A stretch of 64,000 nt of DNA from Girardia tigrina (Eukaryota), in assembly GCA_001938485.1 (NCBI GenBank), contig MQRK01250243.1:1-64000 (forward strand), written 5' to 3'. The notes below the pieces were generated by a model. That model was not told the DNA's origin, did not search any database, and saw nothing but the letters and a program-made list of their open reading frames with translations. Positions 38,458 through 50,492 of the stretch are shown in pieces; position 1 is the stretch's first letter; each line of letters begins with the position of its first letter. A program made the translations under genes and the position numbers.

Positions 38458-38818
38458 ACTGATTATGTTCTTTTTTATTGCTTTTATATAAGAAAATGAA
38501 TGATTATGTAATCACTTACGTAAGTCTAATCGAAAACTCTTAACAAATTAACAGAATTAAATTAATTAAATTAGTTGAGAGCGCTGTTTGAACATTGATT
38601 TTAGGATCACATGATCTTATCAACAATGCTTCACATGACACTCGCTCCCAATAATTTTTAAAATGCTTGCACAAAATCTTAAAATCATTTATGCTCATAT
38701 TACATTTACACGTTTTTTTATGCTCAGCAATATTACTCTTTCCCCCTTTTTGATTGTGTTCTTGGACTCGTTTGCAGAGATGACGGGCAGTCTATTCGAT
38801 GTATGTGGCATTGCACCC

Positions 38819-39152
38819 TGTTAAGAACACCAACATGGCTTTTCAAACTTTTATTTTCATTACAATCAGAATTGTCTTTTGGACAACTCTCAGCGAAACT
38901 CTCGTCATTCGACATCGTTCTAAATTGATAATTTTNNNNNNNNNNNNNNNNNNNNNNNNNNNNNNNNNNNNNNNNNNNNNNNNNNNNNNNNNNNNNNNNN
39001 NNNNNNNNNNNNNNNNNNNNNNNNNNNNNNNNNNNNNNNCTAAAATATCAATTTTCCATCTGGGTGGGAGAAACACATTTCCAAATACTAAACTCAACAT
39101 ACAAAATTCAACAAACCAATTTCAACATACCAAATTTAAAATATTCCTCACA
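38819..39152 (-). mobile_element. Solo LTR inside the PLE GIY-YIG region
   Basis: TGTGAGG..CTTAACA; 5-bp TSD CACCC (38814-38818, 39153-39157); spans a gap. Confidence 0.88.
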
Positions 39153-39517
39153 CACCCATTACATGTGTATTGATAAACAATGTCCGAACACAATCCTAAA
39201 GGAGTATGTGATTTATTGCAAAACATATTCTCAACTTTAAATGATTGAGAAATAATTTTTAAATTTAAAATGTTATTTGATTTCATGATCGAATTCTTGA
39301 GGTGTTTAAAACCCTCGGAGTAAGGTAAGCTTAGAGTATACCAGGGTGTAAAGCAGAATGTCATGTGAAGCAATGTTGATAAGATCATATGATCCTAAAA
39401 TCAATGTTCAAACAGCACTCTCAACTAATTTGTTAAGAGTTTTCGATTAGACTTACGTAAGTGATTGCACAATCATTCATTTTCTTATATAAAAGCAATA
39501 AAAAGAACATAATCAGT

Positions 39518-39556
39518 GATCTGATGATGGCGGTTAAACCGTCGAAATATATTATC
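39518..39556 (+). ncRNA. Minimal type I hammerhead ribozyme
   Basis: GAU-CUGAUGA-U-GGCGGU UAA ACCGUC-GAAA-UAUA-UU-AUC; G.U wobble preserves stem II. Confidence 0.8.
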
Positions 39557-39792
39557 CTAAAATATATTTTTAAATGGCGTTTATTTGTTTTTAATAATTT
39601 GATGACATTTTTCTTATTTTGGGATTTATTGAGAAATGGTAAAAATTATTATTTTTTAATTAATATTTTTAGAGGTAAAATATTTTAAAAAATAACTTAG
39701 GAAAATTGTTCGAATAATCATGATTAAAAACAGAAATAAGAAAACCAATTAGAACGATGGCAAACGATGAAAGACCTTCTGAGAATTGTAAG

Positions 39793-40533
39793 TGTTGGGT
39801 ATTAAATTATCTTTAATTTAAATATTCACTTTTTAAACACAAATCTTTATTCTTTAATCGTAAATCTTTATTCTTTAATCAATAATCTTTAATCTGAAAT
39901 CTTTAATCTTTGATCTGACTCCAATTAATCAGAAAGGACTTCCAACATAAATATATGAATAATGAACACAAATTCTTTATGAAACTTTATTTCGAATAAC
40001 AAATATTAACAAGTCAAAATAATAATAACTCAATTCTTGATGACAGAACACAAACACAAAACAATATTTCGTACGAGTTAATAGATTACAGTAAAAACTG
40101 TGAATCTCCCAAAACGAACGAATGTTTAAAATTAAATTAAACCTTCTTCTCCCATATGGGGTACTTATGGTTTAACAATATTTTAAAAGAATAAAATAAA
40201 AATAAAATAAATTTTGTATTTACGTTACTTGTTACAGAGATTTCTTCTTTTAGTAAATTTTTTGCAGATATTTTTGGGCAAACTATAACTAAATTTGCTG
40301 CTGTTTATATAACAGTTTTCATCAGCCTTGAAAATTGGTGAAATAAAACAGAGACTAAAATATTTATAATTTTTGATGAAGTAAAACAAACATTTATAAT
40401 TTTTAATTCCAAGTTTTGTTAAACTAAATATTATTTTGTTTGAAATTAATAATTTTACTAAAAGAATTATTTAAAAATTTCCTAAGTAAAATTTTATCAA
40501 AAGTGTTCACACATATTTTTCAAAGCCCTAACA
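39793..40533. mobile_element. Solo LTR of another family inside the Gypsy 3 LTR
   Basis: TGTTGGG..CCCTAACA; 4-bp TSD TAAG; host LTR rejoins on both sides. Confidence 0.8.
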
Positions 40534-41269
40534 TAAGGACTAAAATGTAATTGCAATAAAAAATCAAATGAGACTTGTCTCAATGTTCTTAATAACCCTA
40601 ATGAAAATTAACTAACTCATAATATAAAGTATTACTGGTGTACGTTGAAAAGCAAAGTATTCAGAGAAACCTTTGAAAGGGTAATTGCTCTAATTAGAAA
40701 TTTTCGATAAATTGATATTTTTTACATTTTATTTTGTTTGTAAATTCATATTTTTCTTTCTACTTATTTAGCACTCGATAATTATTTAAAAAACATACTC
40801 GATAAATATTCAAGTAACAATGCAAAATAACTCTTTGAACAAGTAATTTCTTGTTTTTACTTGTGGAAATTTTCTTTAATATTTATGTGGGATAGATAAA
40901 ATAATGGATATATTACTTTTGGCATTGATACTATTTCGAGGATGTCTTTTTGCAAATCTGAATTAATGTTTCAAATTTTTTTCTATGTAATTTTTATAGT
41001 TTTTACTTAATTTGGAAAGTTTCACAATTTAAGTTGAAAATGTAAAATAAATATTTAACATCATTAAATAATTTTTAAATATTTTTACTCATCGATGGAT
41101 TTAAATACAAATTTCATAAATGTCACGAAATAAGGAAATCGGAATAAAATAAAAACTCAAAGGGAAATTAGTTATATTTATTTATAATACTGCTACGCTC
41201 GTTTTTTCTGTGAATTTCACTCGATTTAAGAAATTCTACTCACATAAACAAATTATCTTAATTCATTTA

Positions 41270-41535
41270 ACCACACCCCTTTGCCTTCAAGGGACATACG
41301 CACGCATCACCTATAGTATAGGTCCTGTACACTGAAGGATCCTGCTCTTTGCTGTAGATTGTACCCCTGCGTATACGAAATCTTTAAAATGTATCTATCG
41401 TATGGTCACTCAACACTACCTTCGCTGCCCCACCTCGTCTCCCTGAGACTGGCCGCTTTCTGTATCATCTGTCACACGATTACTCGGTTGCCTTGATTGG
41501 ACCTGTCGTTGCATCCGATAAGAGTAGCCTAACTT
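41270..41535 (-). mobile_element. Possible LINE 3' fragment
   Basis: GC-richer island; LGYSYRM resembles the post-RT W.GH..RM motif; heavily decayed. Confidence 0.3.
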
Positions 41536-42809
41536 TCAAACCGTTATATAACTCAGACTTTCCAGTTAAGATTTTACCTTCTGCTTTAAAGGAAAAGTTT
41601 CTTTTTAAAATGTAAAATACTTTTTTTATATTTCGACAACAAATATTTTTTATGAAAAATAATTTAAACTGTTTATAAAACTAAATTAGAGTCATGCAAA
41701 CTCTAAACAGCAGACATACTTAAAAGAAATTATTAATAATTAATTAATAATATGTTATAAATTTAATTTATAATTTTATCACTTATATGAAATAAAAAGT
41801 TATTAAATAAAAATTTTTAAAACAAAAAAAATGTTAAATAATTATTTATGGAAAAAAATTATGCCGAAAAACTAAAATATTTCGAGATTTTATTTTGCAA
41901 AAGAAATCATTTGATTTATTTTATCCGCTTCATTTAATCTGGACTCCAATTTAATCTTTAAATACGTATTAATTTTTTCTGGAAAAATTTTAATTTAAAT
42001 ATAGAGATTTGAAAGAATTGCGTTACTAACTTATTTAAATTTGGAGATTTATATGAAGAGTTGGAATAAAAATAATCTTGAATCATAGTAAATAAATAAA
42101 TTTAATTTAATTAGTTAATTTAACTTTGGAATTTTTATTTAACTATTAATTATATCTCACATCCCTCCTCCATAAAAAGACTTAAGTCAATCTGAATTTC
42201 TGAAAATAATTTTATTATTTTACCCTCTAATTTTGTAAATTTGGTCGCGCCGTTTCCTAAGAATTCTTATCGGTTCTTCGCAAGTTTATCATTTTTGATT
42301 TTTATTCACCAGGTAATCATCAAACTGAAAGTTAATTTTGCAAGCTTTATTAATATACTCAATGCTTTATTGTTTATTCAAAACCGTCTCTAAAATATCT
42401 TTACTGTATTTCCTTTTTGAGACGCACATTCCTCTGTCTTTTATTTCTAGAATAAAAGACGATTTTTGCTTGTTTCATACAATTAATTTATGGGTTGTGA
42501 CGTTAAGTGTAAATCTCCCTAAGTATAATCATTGCCAAACGCTGGTAGGAATAAATCATTCGTTTAAAATTAAGATCTGAATTAATTTGACACCTGAATA
42601 TTATTTTGAAAAAATTTAATAGGAATTTAATTGTTTAAAATTAAATGTAACATTAATTATTTTAAAAATATTAATTTGATTTATTTTTTTTAAATTTTAA
42701 AATAAAATTAATCAAATCATTTAAAATTTACAAATATATTAAATAAAACTAAATGTAAACATTAAATCTAAATTTAAATTAAATTAGTTTTCGATACTAA
42801 GAATCAAAA

Positions 42810-43590
42810 TATTAATCAGCTATCTGTATAAGTGAGACACAATCCAAAATCAAGACACCACATTAAAATACTAAACTGTAAAATAAAGCCAAATAAATTC
42901 AGAAAAATATGTACTGAATGGTCGATTAATAAAAAAAAGATTTTTAACAAAATTGCTAATTAAAAAGCGGATAAAATTCTGTAAATCAATACAGACTTGG
43001 GATAAACATTTACTTGAAACTCTTATATTTTCGGATGAATGTGCGATTAATTTTTAATATAATAAAAGAGTATTTGTCCGAAAAGAATCAGGGACAAGAT
43101 CTAATTTACTTTACCTCATAAATTTAATCATAATACGAAGACTTTAATGGTTTGAGGTTGTATAAAATATGATGGCACTCGCTTCTTAATTAGATGCCAA
43201 GATTTGAATTAATTTAATATATAGTGTAGAATGCAAAAGGATTTATTAGGAGGACTCTTTCTTTTATATGACACCAGGGATATTTTTGTTCAAGATGGTG
43301 CTCTAGCTCATGGGTCTAAGTGTACGCTAAAACTTTCTAGAAAATAATTGAATCAATTATATATGTGATTTGCCACCTAATTCTCTCGATCTCAATATTA
43401 TTGAGAATTTATGGTCAGAAATAAAATCAGAAATGAACAAACGACATTTTTTAAACATAAATGAGACTGGGAATTTTTTCATGGAAAATTTATGCGATTT
43501 ACTAACGAAAAAATACAAACACTTTATAAATCACTTCCTCGACGTTTAAATGTCGTTAAAATAAGTAAAGGTAGTTATACAATATATTAG
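42810..43590 (+). pseudogene. Tc1 transposase remnant
   Basis: IFSDE, MV*GC, FVQDGA.AH and PPNSLDLNIIENLW motifs. Confidence 0.85.
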
Positions 43591-45772
43591 TTTTATTTTA
43601 AATTTTATTTGTTGAGGTCCGCTTTGGTTGAAAAAAACAAAAAGGAAGAATGTTGAAAAGTAAAACTTAGTGACTCTGGGCCCCAGAAATATATTTAAGG
43701 AAAACTGACTCGCAACGGCCAAGAGCTTTCTAATTATTCTGAAGGGTGCGTCTTTTCACCGACATCTGCAAGCAGTGTTCAGATTCGAATCAGGTCCTAC
43801 AGACCGGCACAGAATCCCAGAGGTACACAAGTGATTCGAAATCTTCTCAAAACCATTGAATGATTTTGTTTAGATTAGTAGCAGTTGAAATAACTGATTT
43901 TAAGACAAATAGACTAAACATTTGACGATCGGGGGGCGGTTAAAAATGATTGATAACGAGTTTGGAAGTTACGGCCAGAACTCTAAAATTAGAGATTGTT
44001 ACCAAAAACACGAATCAGAATCTATTCTCGAGACGCAATTAGTAGATAGTCAAATCGATCAAACACAAGTGAACAAACGAATAATAAAGATAATTAATGC
44101 AAAAAATAACACATATATTGACAGAATATATTATCGGAAAAGAATGAATATTATTAAATTATATATTATATATAAAAATGCATGATGATCCCGCATTTAC
44201 TTTCCAGTTTCTGTATACGAATTTTGATGATCGTGTAGATTAAAGTACAAAATAATGCCTAATTTTAACACAATGTTCAAAAGTAATTAAAACTTTAATA
44301 ATATAATTCTGCTTTCCTTCTACTATCCTTTCAGTTATTCAGTTTTCTCCTTCAGATACACCTTTCTCTTATTAATTAAATAAATTTTAATTGTGTTGAA
44401 AATATAAAATTCTTCTTCTTATATATGACTTGATTAGTTAAAAACAATTTTAAAAAAATAAAATTATTTTTACATTTTAGTAATTTTTCTCGTTTTGTCT
44501 TATTTATATTTTTTAAAGTTCAATTCTTGATTTTTGATATTATTAATAAAATAATTTAACAGTAAAATAAATAAAATATTTTAGTATTTTTATTTGTATA
44601 ATATTATAAACTTAACAGAGTTCTGGTTTTAGGTGATAATCAAGCTCTTTCAAATAATCAATATAAGCTGAATATGTACCAAATCGAATTTTTCATGCTG
44701 AAGAAAGATGTAAACATCGTATCACTCTTCGTGTGTTGTTATTCTTTTAAAAGTTTACTAATAAAGTCTTTAATAGTAAGTTGTTTCAATACTTATATAT
44801 TTACAACAATACTTGTATGTCTGAATTTCCTGTTAAAACATTGATGAATTAAATATCATCTAAGGATGGATTTTAAATTTTATGACTTACAAGTATTTTA
44901 TTTTAGAAAATTCTACTAAGAAAACGAGTATCAATCATTTTTTATCAATATATTTTACTTTATCACTGGTTCCCAACAAATATTCAATAGATTAAACTTG
45001 AAAGAAAATTCACAGTAATTTTTCTAGTAAAATTATTTTTTTTCAAAACGATTTTTGAATTTAATTTTCTTTGATAAATATAACACAGTTAATTTAAAAT
45101 TTATAGATGACAACTTGAAATTTTAATTTTTAATAATTAATTGAAATATGCACGTAGATATTTTATTGATTTATAATAACATTCACAAACATAAATCATT
45201 AAATTTTAAATAATAACAATAAACAAAAGTAACATGTGATATAATACAAATCATAATTTTACATACTTTGTTTAAATATTGTTATCTAAGAGTCATTAGT
45301 AACACTCAATGGCAACAATTAAAATTCCCGTCGGAATACATTTGGATAAATCGTAAAAATTTATTATAAACTCATTTGTATTGAATTCAAATTAATAATA
45401 AATTTATTATTAAATCTAAATTTGCGTATTTATTATTATATAATTTCTCATATAAAGAGAAAACAATACAAAACGTGATTCTATTTCTGATGAAAGCAGT
45501 ATTGAAGAAATTATTGAAGTCGATCCATTGGACAATGAGGACATTACTGAAATCGATTTCAGTGAAAATGAAGAGCCAAACGAACATGCCGATGTTAATA
45601 TTGACCTTATTGCCGGTGATGCGAGTGGCTATGACCTACCGATAATAAGACTGGAGCAAGAAATACATTTGGCGGAGCACGACGAAGCGAATAACAGGGT
45701 TTGTCAAATTAATATACGTTAATATTCTCCCTTTTATTTTTAGTTATTTCGATCTTGAAAGTTAATATTTGT

Positions 45773-46264
45773 TGTGAGGAATATTTAAAATTTGGTATGC
45801 TTAGTTTAGTATTTGGAAATGTGTTTCTCCAACGCAGATGGAAAATTGGTATTTTTTATGTTCGCGACGAATAGCTATTCGAGTATAATTTGCATTTTAA
45901 ATTACATAAGATATAAAAAAATTTAAATATTAAATCGTTTAAAATTTGAATATTAAAAATTTTAATAAAGTAAATAACTTTTTTCATTATTTTTAAATTG
46001 ATTAAATAAATGTTTTTCTTTATATAAAATCATTTTTTTGTGAAATTATTAGCAAAATTATAAAAGTAGAATTTCTAAAATAAAATCTGAAAATAATTTT
46101 AAATGAAAATTTGTTCAAATAATTGTTTATGAAGAAGAAATTAACAAAAACTTATATATTAAGTGAGACGTCAAATTATGAAAGCTTGGCTGAGAATTGT
46201 CTCAAAAGCAATTCAAACTGTGATGAAAATAAATGTGTAAAAACCCATATTGGTGTTATTAATA
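45773..46264 (+). mobile_element. Solo LTR (Gypsy 3-related)
   Basis: TGTGAGGAATA..GTTATTAATA; 5-bp TSD TTTGT. Confidence 0.85.
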
Positions 46265-46700
46265 TTTGTTTTGTTAGGTTCGATATTGAAATTCGAATTA
46301 ATAACACTAAAATTTCTTTCTTTAACATCTAAATTATGAGGGGTTAATTTAAATTTGCATCTCGCCAAAATAATTTATTATTTTTTTAATTTAAAAGGTA
46401 AAATATTTTAATGTTAATATGCTTATTCAATATTTTAAAATTAAAAATGATATATAAAGCAGATATTAAAAAATCAAATACGTATTTAAAAATAAAATAT
46501 GTTTTTAATGTATCTATTAAATATCTTAAAATTAAAAATGATAAGAAAACCATTTATAAATAAAAATTTTTTACAGTCATTACAATTTATATATTTTAAT
46601 AGAAGTTATGAAACAATTTTAAATAAATTTTTAGTTTTAATGTGAAAATTATTTAATAAATTGGCAAGATTTTAAAAATAGAATCGAAAAGAATTTAATA

Positions 46701-47969
46701 TTGGGTTGTTCGGAAAGTCATTTTGTTTTTTTAATACTTGTTTTAAATGTATTTTTTTATATTAATAATCCTTAATAATCATTGACTGTATTATTTATTT
46801 TAGCAGTTGGTAATCAAGGTTAGATTTGGAAAATTTTGGAATAATTAAAAACATTTATATTTGATTTTTGACCAATCAAAGATGGAAAGCAAGAATCAGC
46901 ATTTACGGCATGTATTACTTTTTTACTTCCGAAAAGGTAAAAATGCTGTACAAGCAAGAAGAAAATTATGCGAAGTGTATGGAGGAGATGTATTGACAGA
47001 ACACCAATGCCAAAACTGGTTTAAAAATTTAGATCAGTAAATGTTGATGTTGAAGATTCTTCACATTCCGGAAGGCCCATTGAGGCCGACGAAGACATAA
47101 TAGATTCAAACCGGCAAATAACAACTCGCGAAATTGCCCAGACAATACATTTATCTAATTCGACCGTCCATGATCATTTGAAGGCCTAGGTTTTACATCA
47201 AAACTCGACACATGGATCCCTCATAATCTTACCGAACGAAATTTATGCTGTCGTTTAGACATCTGCGATATGCTTCTCAAACGTCAAGAAAATGATCCAT
47301 TTTTGAAGCGCATCGTCACTGGAGATGAGAAATGGGTAGTCTACAATAATGAAAAACGCAAGAGATCTTAGAGTAAAAAAGATCAACCTGCTCAAAGCAC
47401 TTCGAAAGCTGACATTCATCAAAACAAGTGATGTTACCTGTTTGGTGGGATTTCAAAGGAATCGTATTTTATGAGCTTCTTCCGGACAAAACTACGATCA
47501 ATTCGGACGTCTACTGTTATCAGCTGGACAAATTAAATGAATCCCTTAAACACAAAAGGCCAGAATTGATCAATAGAAAAGGTGTAGTGTTTCACCAAGA
47601 TAATACCAGACCTTATACAAGTTTGGTAACTCGCCAAAAGCTTTTACAGCTTGGATGGAAAATCATGCCTCACCCACCATATTCTTCAGACCTCGCACTT
47701 TCTGATTATCATTTGTTCCGGTCTCTACAAAATTATTTAGAGGATAACACTTTTGAATCAAATGAAGATGTTAAAAATCAACTGGAAAAGTTTTTTTAGC
47801 CGAAAAGAACAAATATTTTATGAACGTGGAATCTTGTCACTGCCAGGAAGATGGAAGAATGTATTGGACCAAAATGGTCAATATGTATTTCAATAAAATA
47901 TTTATTCGTCATAAAAATTTGTCTTTTGCTTTAATACAAAAAAACGAAATGACTTTCCGAACAACCCAA
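46701..47969 (+). mobile_element. Full-length mariner (mellifera-like), transposase pseudogene
   Basis: TIR TTGGGTTGTTCGGAAAGTCATTT, TA TSD; MESKNQHLRH.., WIPHNL, TGDEKW, HQDN, HPPYSSDLALSDYHLF. Confidence 0.95.
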
Positions 47970-48211
47970 TAGATTAATTTGTGGCGAGATAATTGAATTA
48001 ACAGAAAAATTTGTTTAAATATGTGAATTGTTGTTATATTAATAAATTGTTGTGTTAAATTATGAGTACTGAATTTGATAAAAATGAAAGTGGTATAAAC
48101 GCTACTTACATAAATATTTGTATACAAATTTCTGAAGAACAATGTTTTTTATTTTGCACAAAAATTTATGAAAAAAATGCTAAATATAATTTTTTATTTT
48201 ACAGATTATAG

Positions 48212-48678
48212 CAGGCATGGTCAAACAGCGGCTCTTCTAACTTTTAATTGCCGCTCTTGAAAAAAATGAGGATATTTAAGATAGTGTTGAATTTCTTGTG
48301 AATCCATTTCAAATTGAAATAATGTACGAATAATTTACATTTCCGAAGTATTTATTATATAAAAAAAGCTGTTGCAAATATGGAATTAATTTAAATTCGA
48401 GAGAATCGTGTATTGCGGATGCACCATAAATCATCGAAATCTACAATAGAATTCGAAATATCCTACTTTAAGAAATGCATGTAAATTGATTTCAATTTTC
48501 GCTACTATTTACTCTTGTGAATTTTGAATTCCCCAATGAATTTTATATAATTGAAACACCGTTCCCAACTGACTAATGAACATTCAACTAAACTTTTTCA
48601 TATGGCACTAACAACCTACGAATCGGATTTTTACAGATTTTTAATTTATTAATAAACGTAGAATAAACATCTGTCGAT

Positions 48679-48722
<44 letters not shown>

Positions 48723-48882
48723 AAAACAATTCATTTCTAATGTTTAAAAAAAATTAAAACCTTGGCTTTATATTTACTGTCATATATTGTGTAATATAAT
48801 ACCACCTTTTTCTAATTGCGGCTCTTACAACTATGATATTTTTGATTTGCGGCTCCCGTCGAGAAATGTCTGACCAAACCTG
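48212..48882 (+). mobile_element. Non-autonomous hAT (Buster/Charlie type)
   Basis: TIR CAGGcaTGGTCA, 8-bp TSD GATTATAG, remnant KYPTLRN..IFATIYSCE of the dimerisation domain. Confidence 0.88.
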
Positions 48883-49446
48883 GATTATAGTTTCAAATTA
48901 ATTTTATTACTTGTTACACTTTTAAGTTGAATTTTAATACGTCTTTCATTTTTAATTTAATATATTTTTTATTAATTTTTATTTTATTATTTATTCCTTT
49001 AATTTATTTTTAAGTCTTAAAAGGTAAAAAAACTGAATTTTATTTTGCCATATTAATGTAATTTTCAGATAAATAGTGCAATTTGAAATTTATTAATAAC
49101 CTTTTAACTTTGTAACATTAATGAATAATTAAATTCATTGTTTAATAATTTAAAGTTAGATGAAAGCCTCCGACATCGAATAAGAGTCGTTGCTTTAAGT
49201 CGCTTGATATATCCTGCAGATCACTGGAAAATCGGGAAATATGAAACTGATTTAGCTCACAGCTACATAGATTTATTTGGTCCAAGTAAGATTTTTGTTT
49301 GTACTTTTGAAGATTAATTTTATTATTCATAGATTTTAAAATTTATTTTATCCTCACAATCAGATGCTTTTATGTTAATAAATTATGATTTTGTCTTGCT
49401 GTTTAAAATGATTTTTATAAGATATTATTTTGGCTTATCGTTTTAG

Positions 49447-49603
49447 GCTATGCAAAACAGTGTGAGGAGCATGCAAATTTATCATTAAAAATTTTAAAGC
49501 AAGACATGGACGGAATTTTCTATGATGAGGAATTGACAGAGTACCTTAGGGCAAAGATTTCGGCATTTTACGCTCTAGCCCGAGCCGAACTGATTTTGAA
49601 AAA
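49447..49603 (+). CDS. TTC23: TTC23-like TPR protein, internal exon A
   Basis: AG/GT bounded; GYAKQCEEHANLSLKIL..AFYALARAELILK resembles recalled TTC23 GLSLQAKQHAEKA..; phase 1 to 2. Confidence 0.75.
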
Positions 49604-49829
49604 GTAATTTATGTTTTTATAATTTTATTTATTTTTATACGCAATTACTAATTATCCTAATTTATATATTATATATATATATATTATTTAAATTTTGTTT
49701 GACAAATTGACATTGCCATACTCTCTTCATTTTGGTTATTTATTAATGGGTTAAGCTTTAAAATATTTTTAAAAAGTTCATTATTGTATAGTAATTGGTT
49801 TTTATTAGTGTATGGGAAAACTGATTCCC

Positions 49830-50112
49830 GGAAAAAAAGAGACCAGGTAAAATGAAATCATGGAAAAAAGAGATCACATCAAATTATTAAATTCAAGTAA
49901 AATTTTAAAAAAAATTTATTAATTCAAATAGATTTTAGAAAAATTCAAATAAAATTTAGAAAAATTTACTTGAATTGATTAATTTTTCTAAATTTTGCTT
50001 GAATTTAACAATTTTTATAATCTATATTAGAATTTTTTAATTTTTCTAAATTTTATTTGAATTTTTCTAAATTTTACTTGAATTTAATAATTTTATCCTG
50101 GTCTCTTTTCTG
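49830..50112. repeat. Foldback / MITE-like inverted repeat
   Basis: AAAAGAGACCAGG / CCTGGTCTCTTTT ends with an internally inverted AT-rich array. Confidence 0.55.
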
Positions 50113-50492
50113 GTCTCCGGGAAAACTAGTAAAGATATGACTGTAGACTGATGTGACAATCCTCGTTGGTCTGAAAATTTTCTCAAAATTGGTTAACTAA
50201 CAATTTTTGTAACAATAATGTAATTAATTCTTTTCCGCGAAATTCGAAATCCCATTTTTATTTGTCTCATTTTGTCGTTTTTTCTTAACTTGGAGTCGAA
50301 AATAAATTTAACCGAAAGAAATTGAGACAGAATGTAAGTTGAGAATAATAAATAAAATTCAAAATTTGAACAAAAAGAATGAGAATAATTTGATGTAATA
50401 CTCAAAAGGGCCATCTCTCCTAAGTTGAAGAGGAGATATGTTTCTTTTCTAAAACTGAATTTTCTGAAACTTAGTTTTATTGCCCTTATATA

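Larger units (their letters stand above)
38361..39587 (-). mobile_element. 5'-truncated Penelope-like element with inverted pLTR, inserted in the Gypsy LTR
   Basis: LPYSEGF..VYQYTCNG|CNATYIE*TARHLCKRVQEH..EALLI..PKINVQ (GIY-YIG); inverted pLTR about 39360-39587; 15-bp TSD TTTTTAATAATTTGA. Confidence 0.9.
34465..40594 (+). mobile_element. Gypsy LTR retrotransposon 3 (5' truncated; 3' LTR interrupted twice)
   Basis: Two gag CCHC knuckles, protease remnant, RT, RNase H, integrase, PPT GAGGGGA, LTR TGTAAGG from 38110 ending TTCTTAATA at 40594. Confidence 0.92.

Noticed and set aside
43770-43830. tRNA or SINE (GATTCGAATC, B-box-like)
   Set aside because: No cloverleaf or A box could be built
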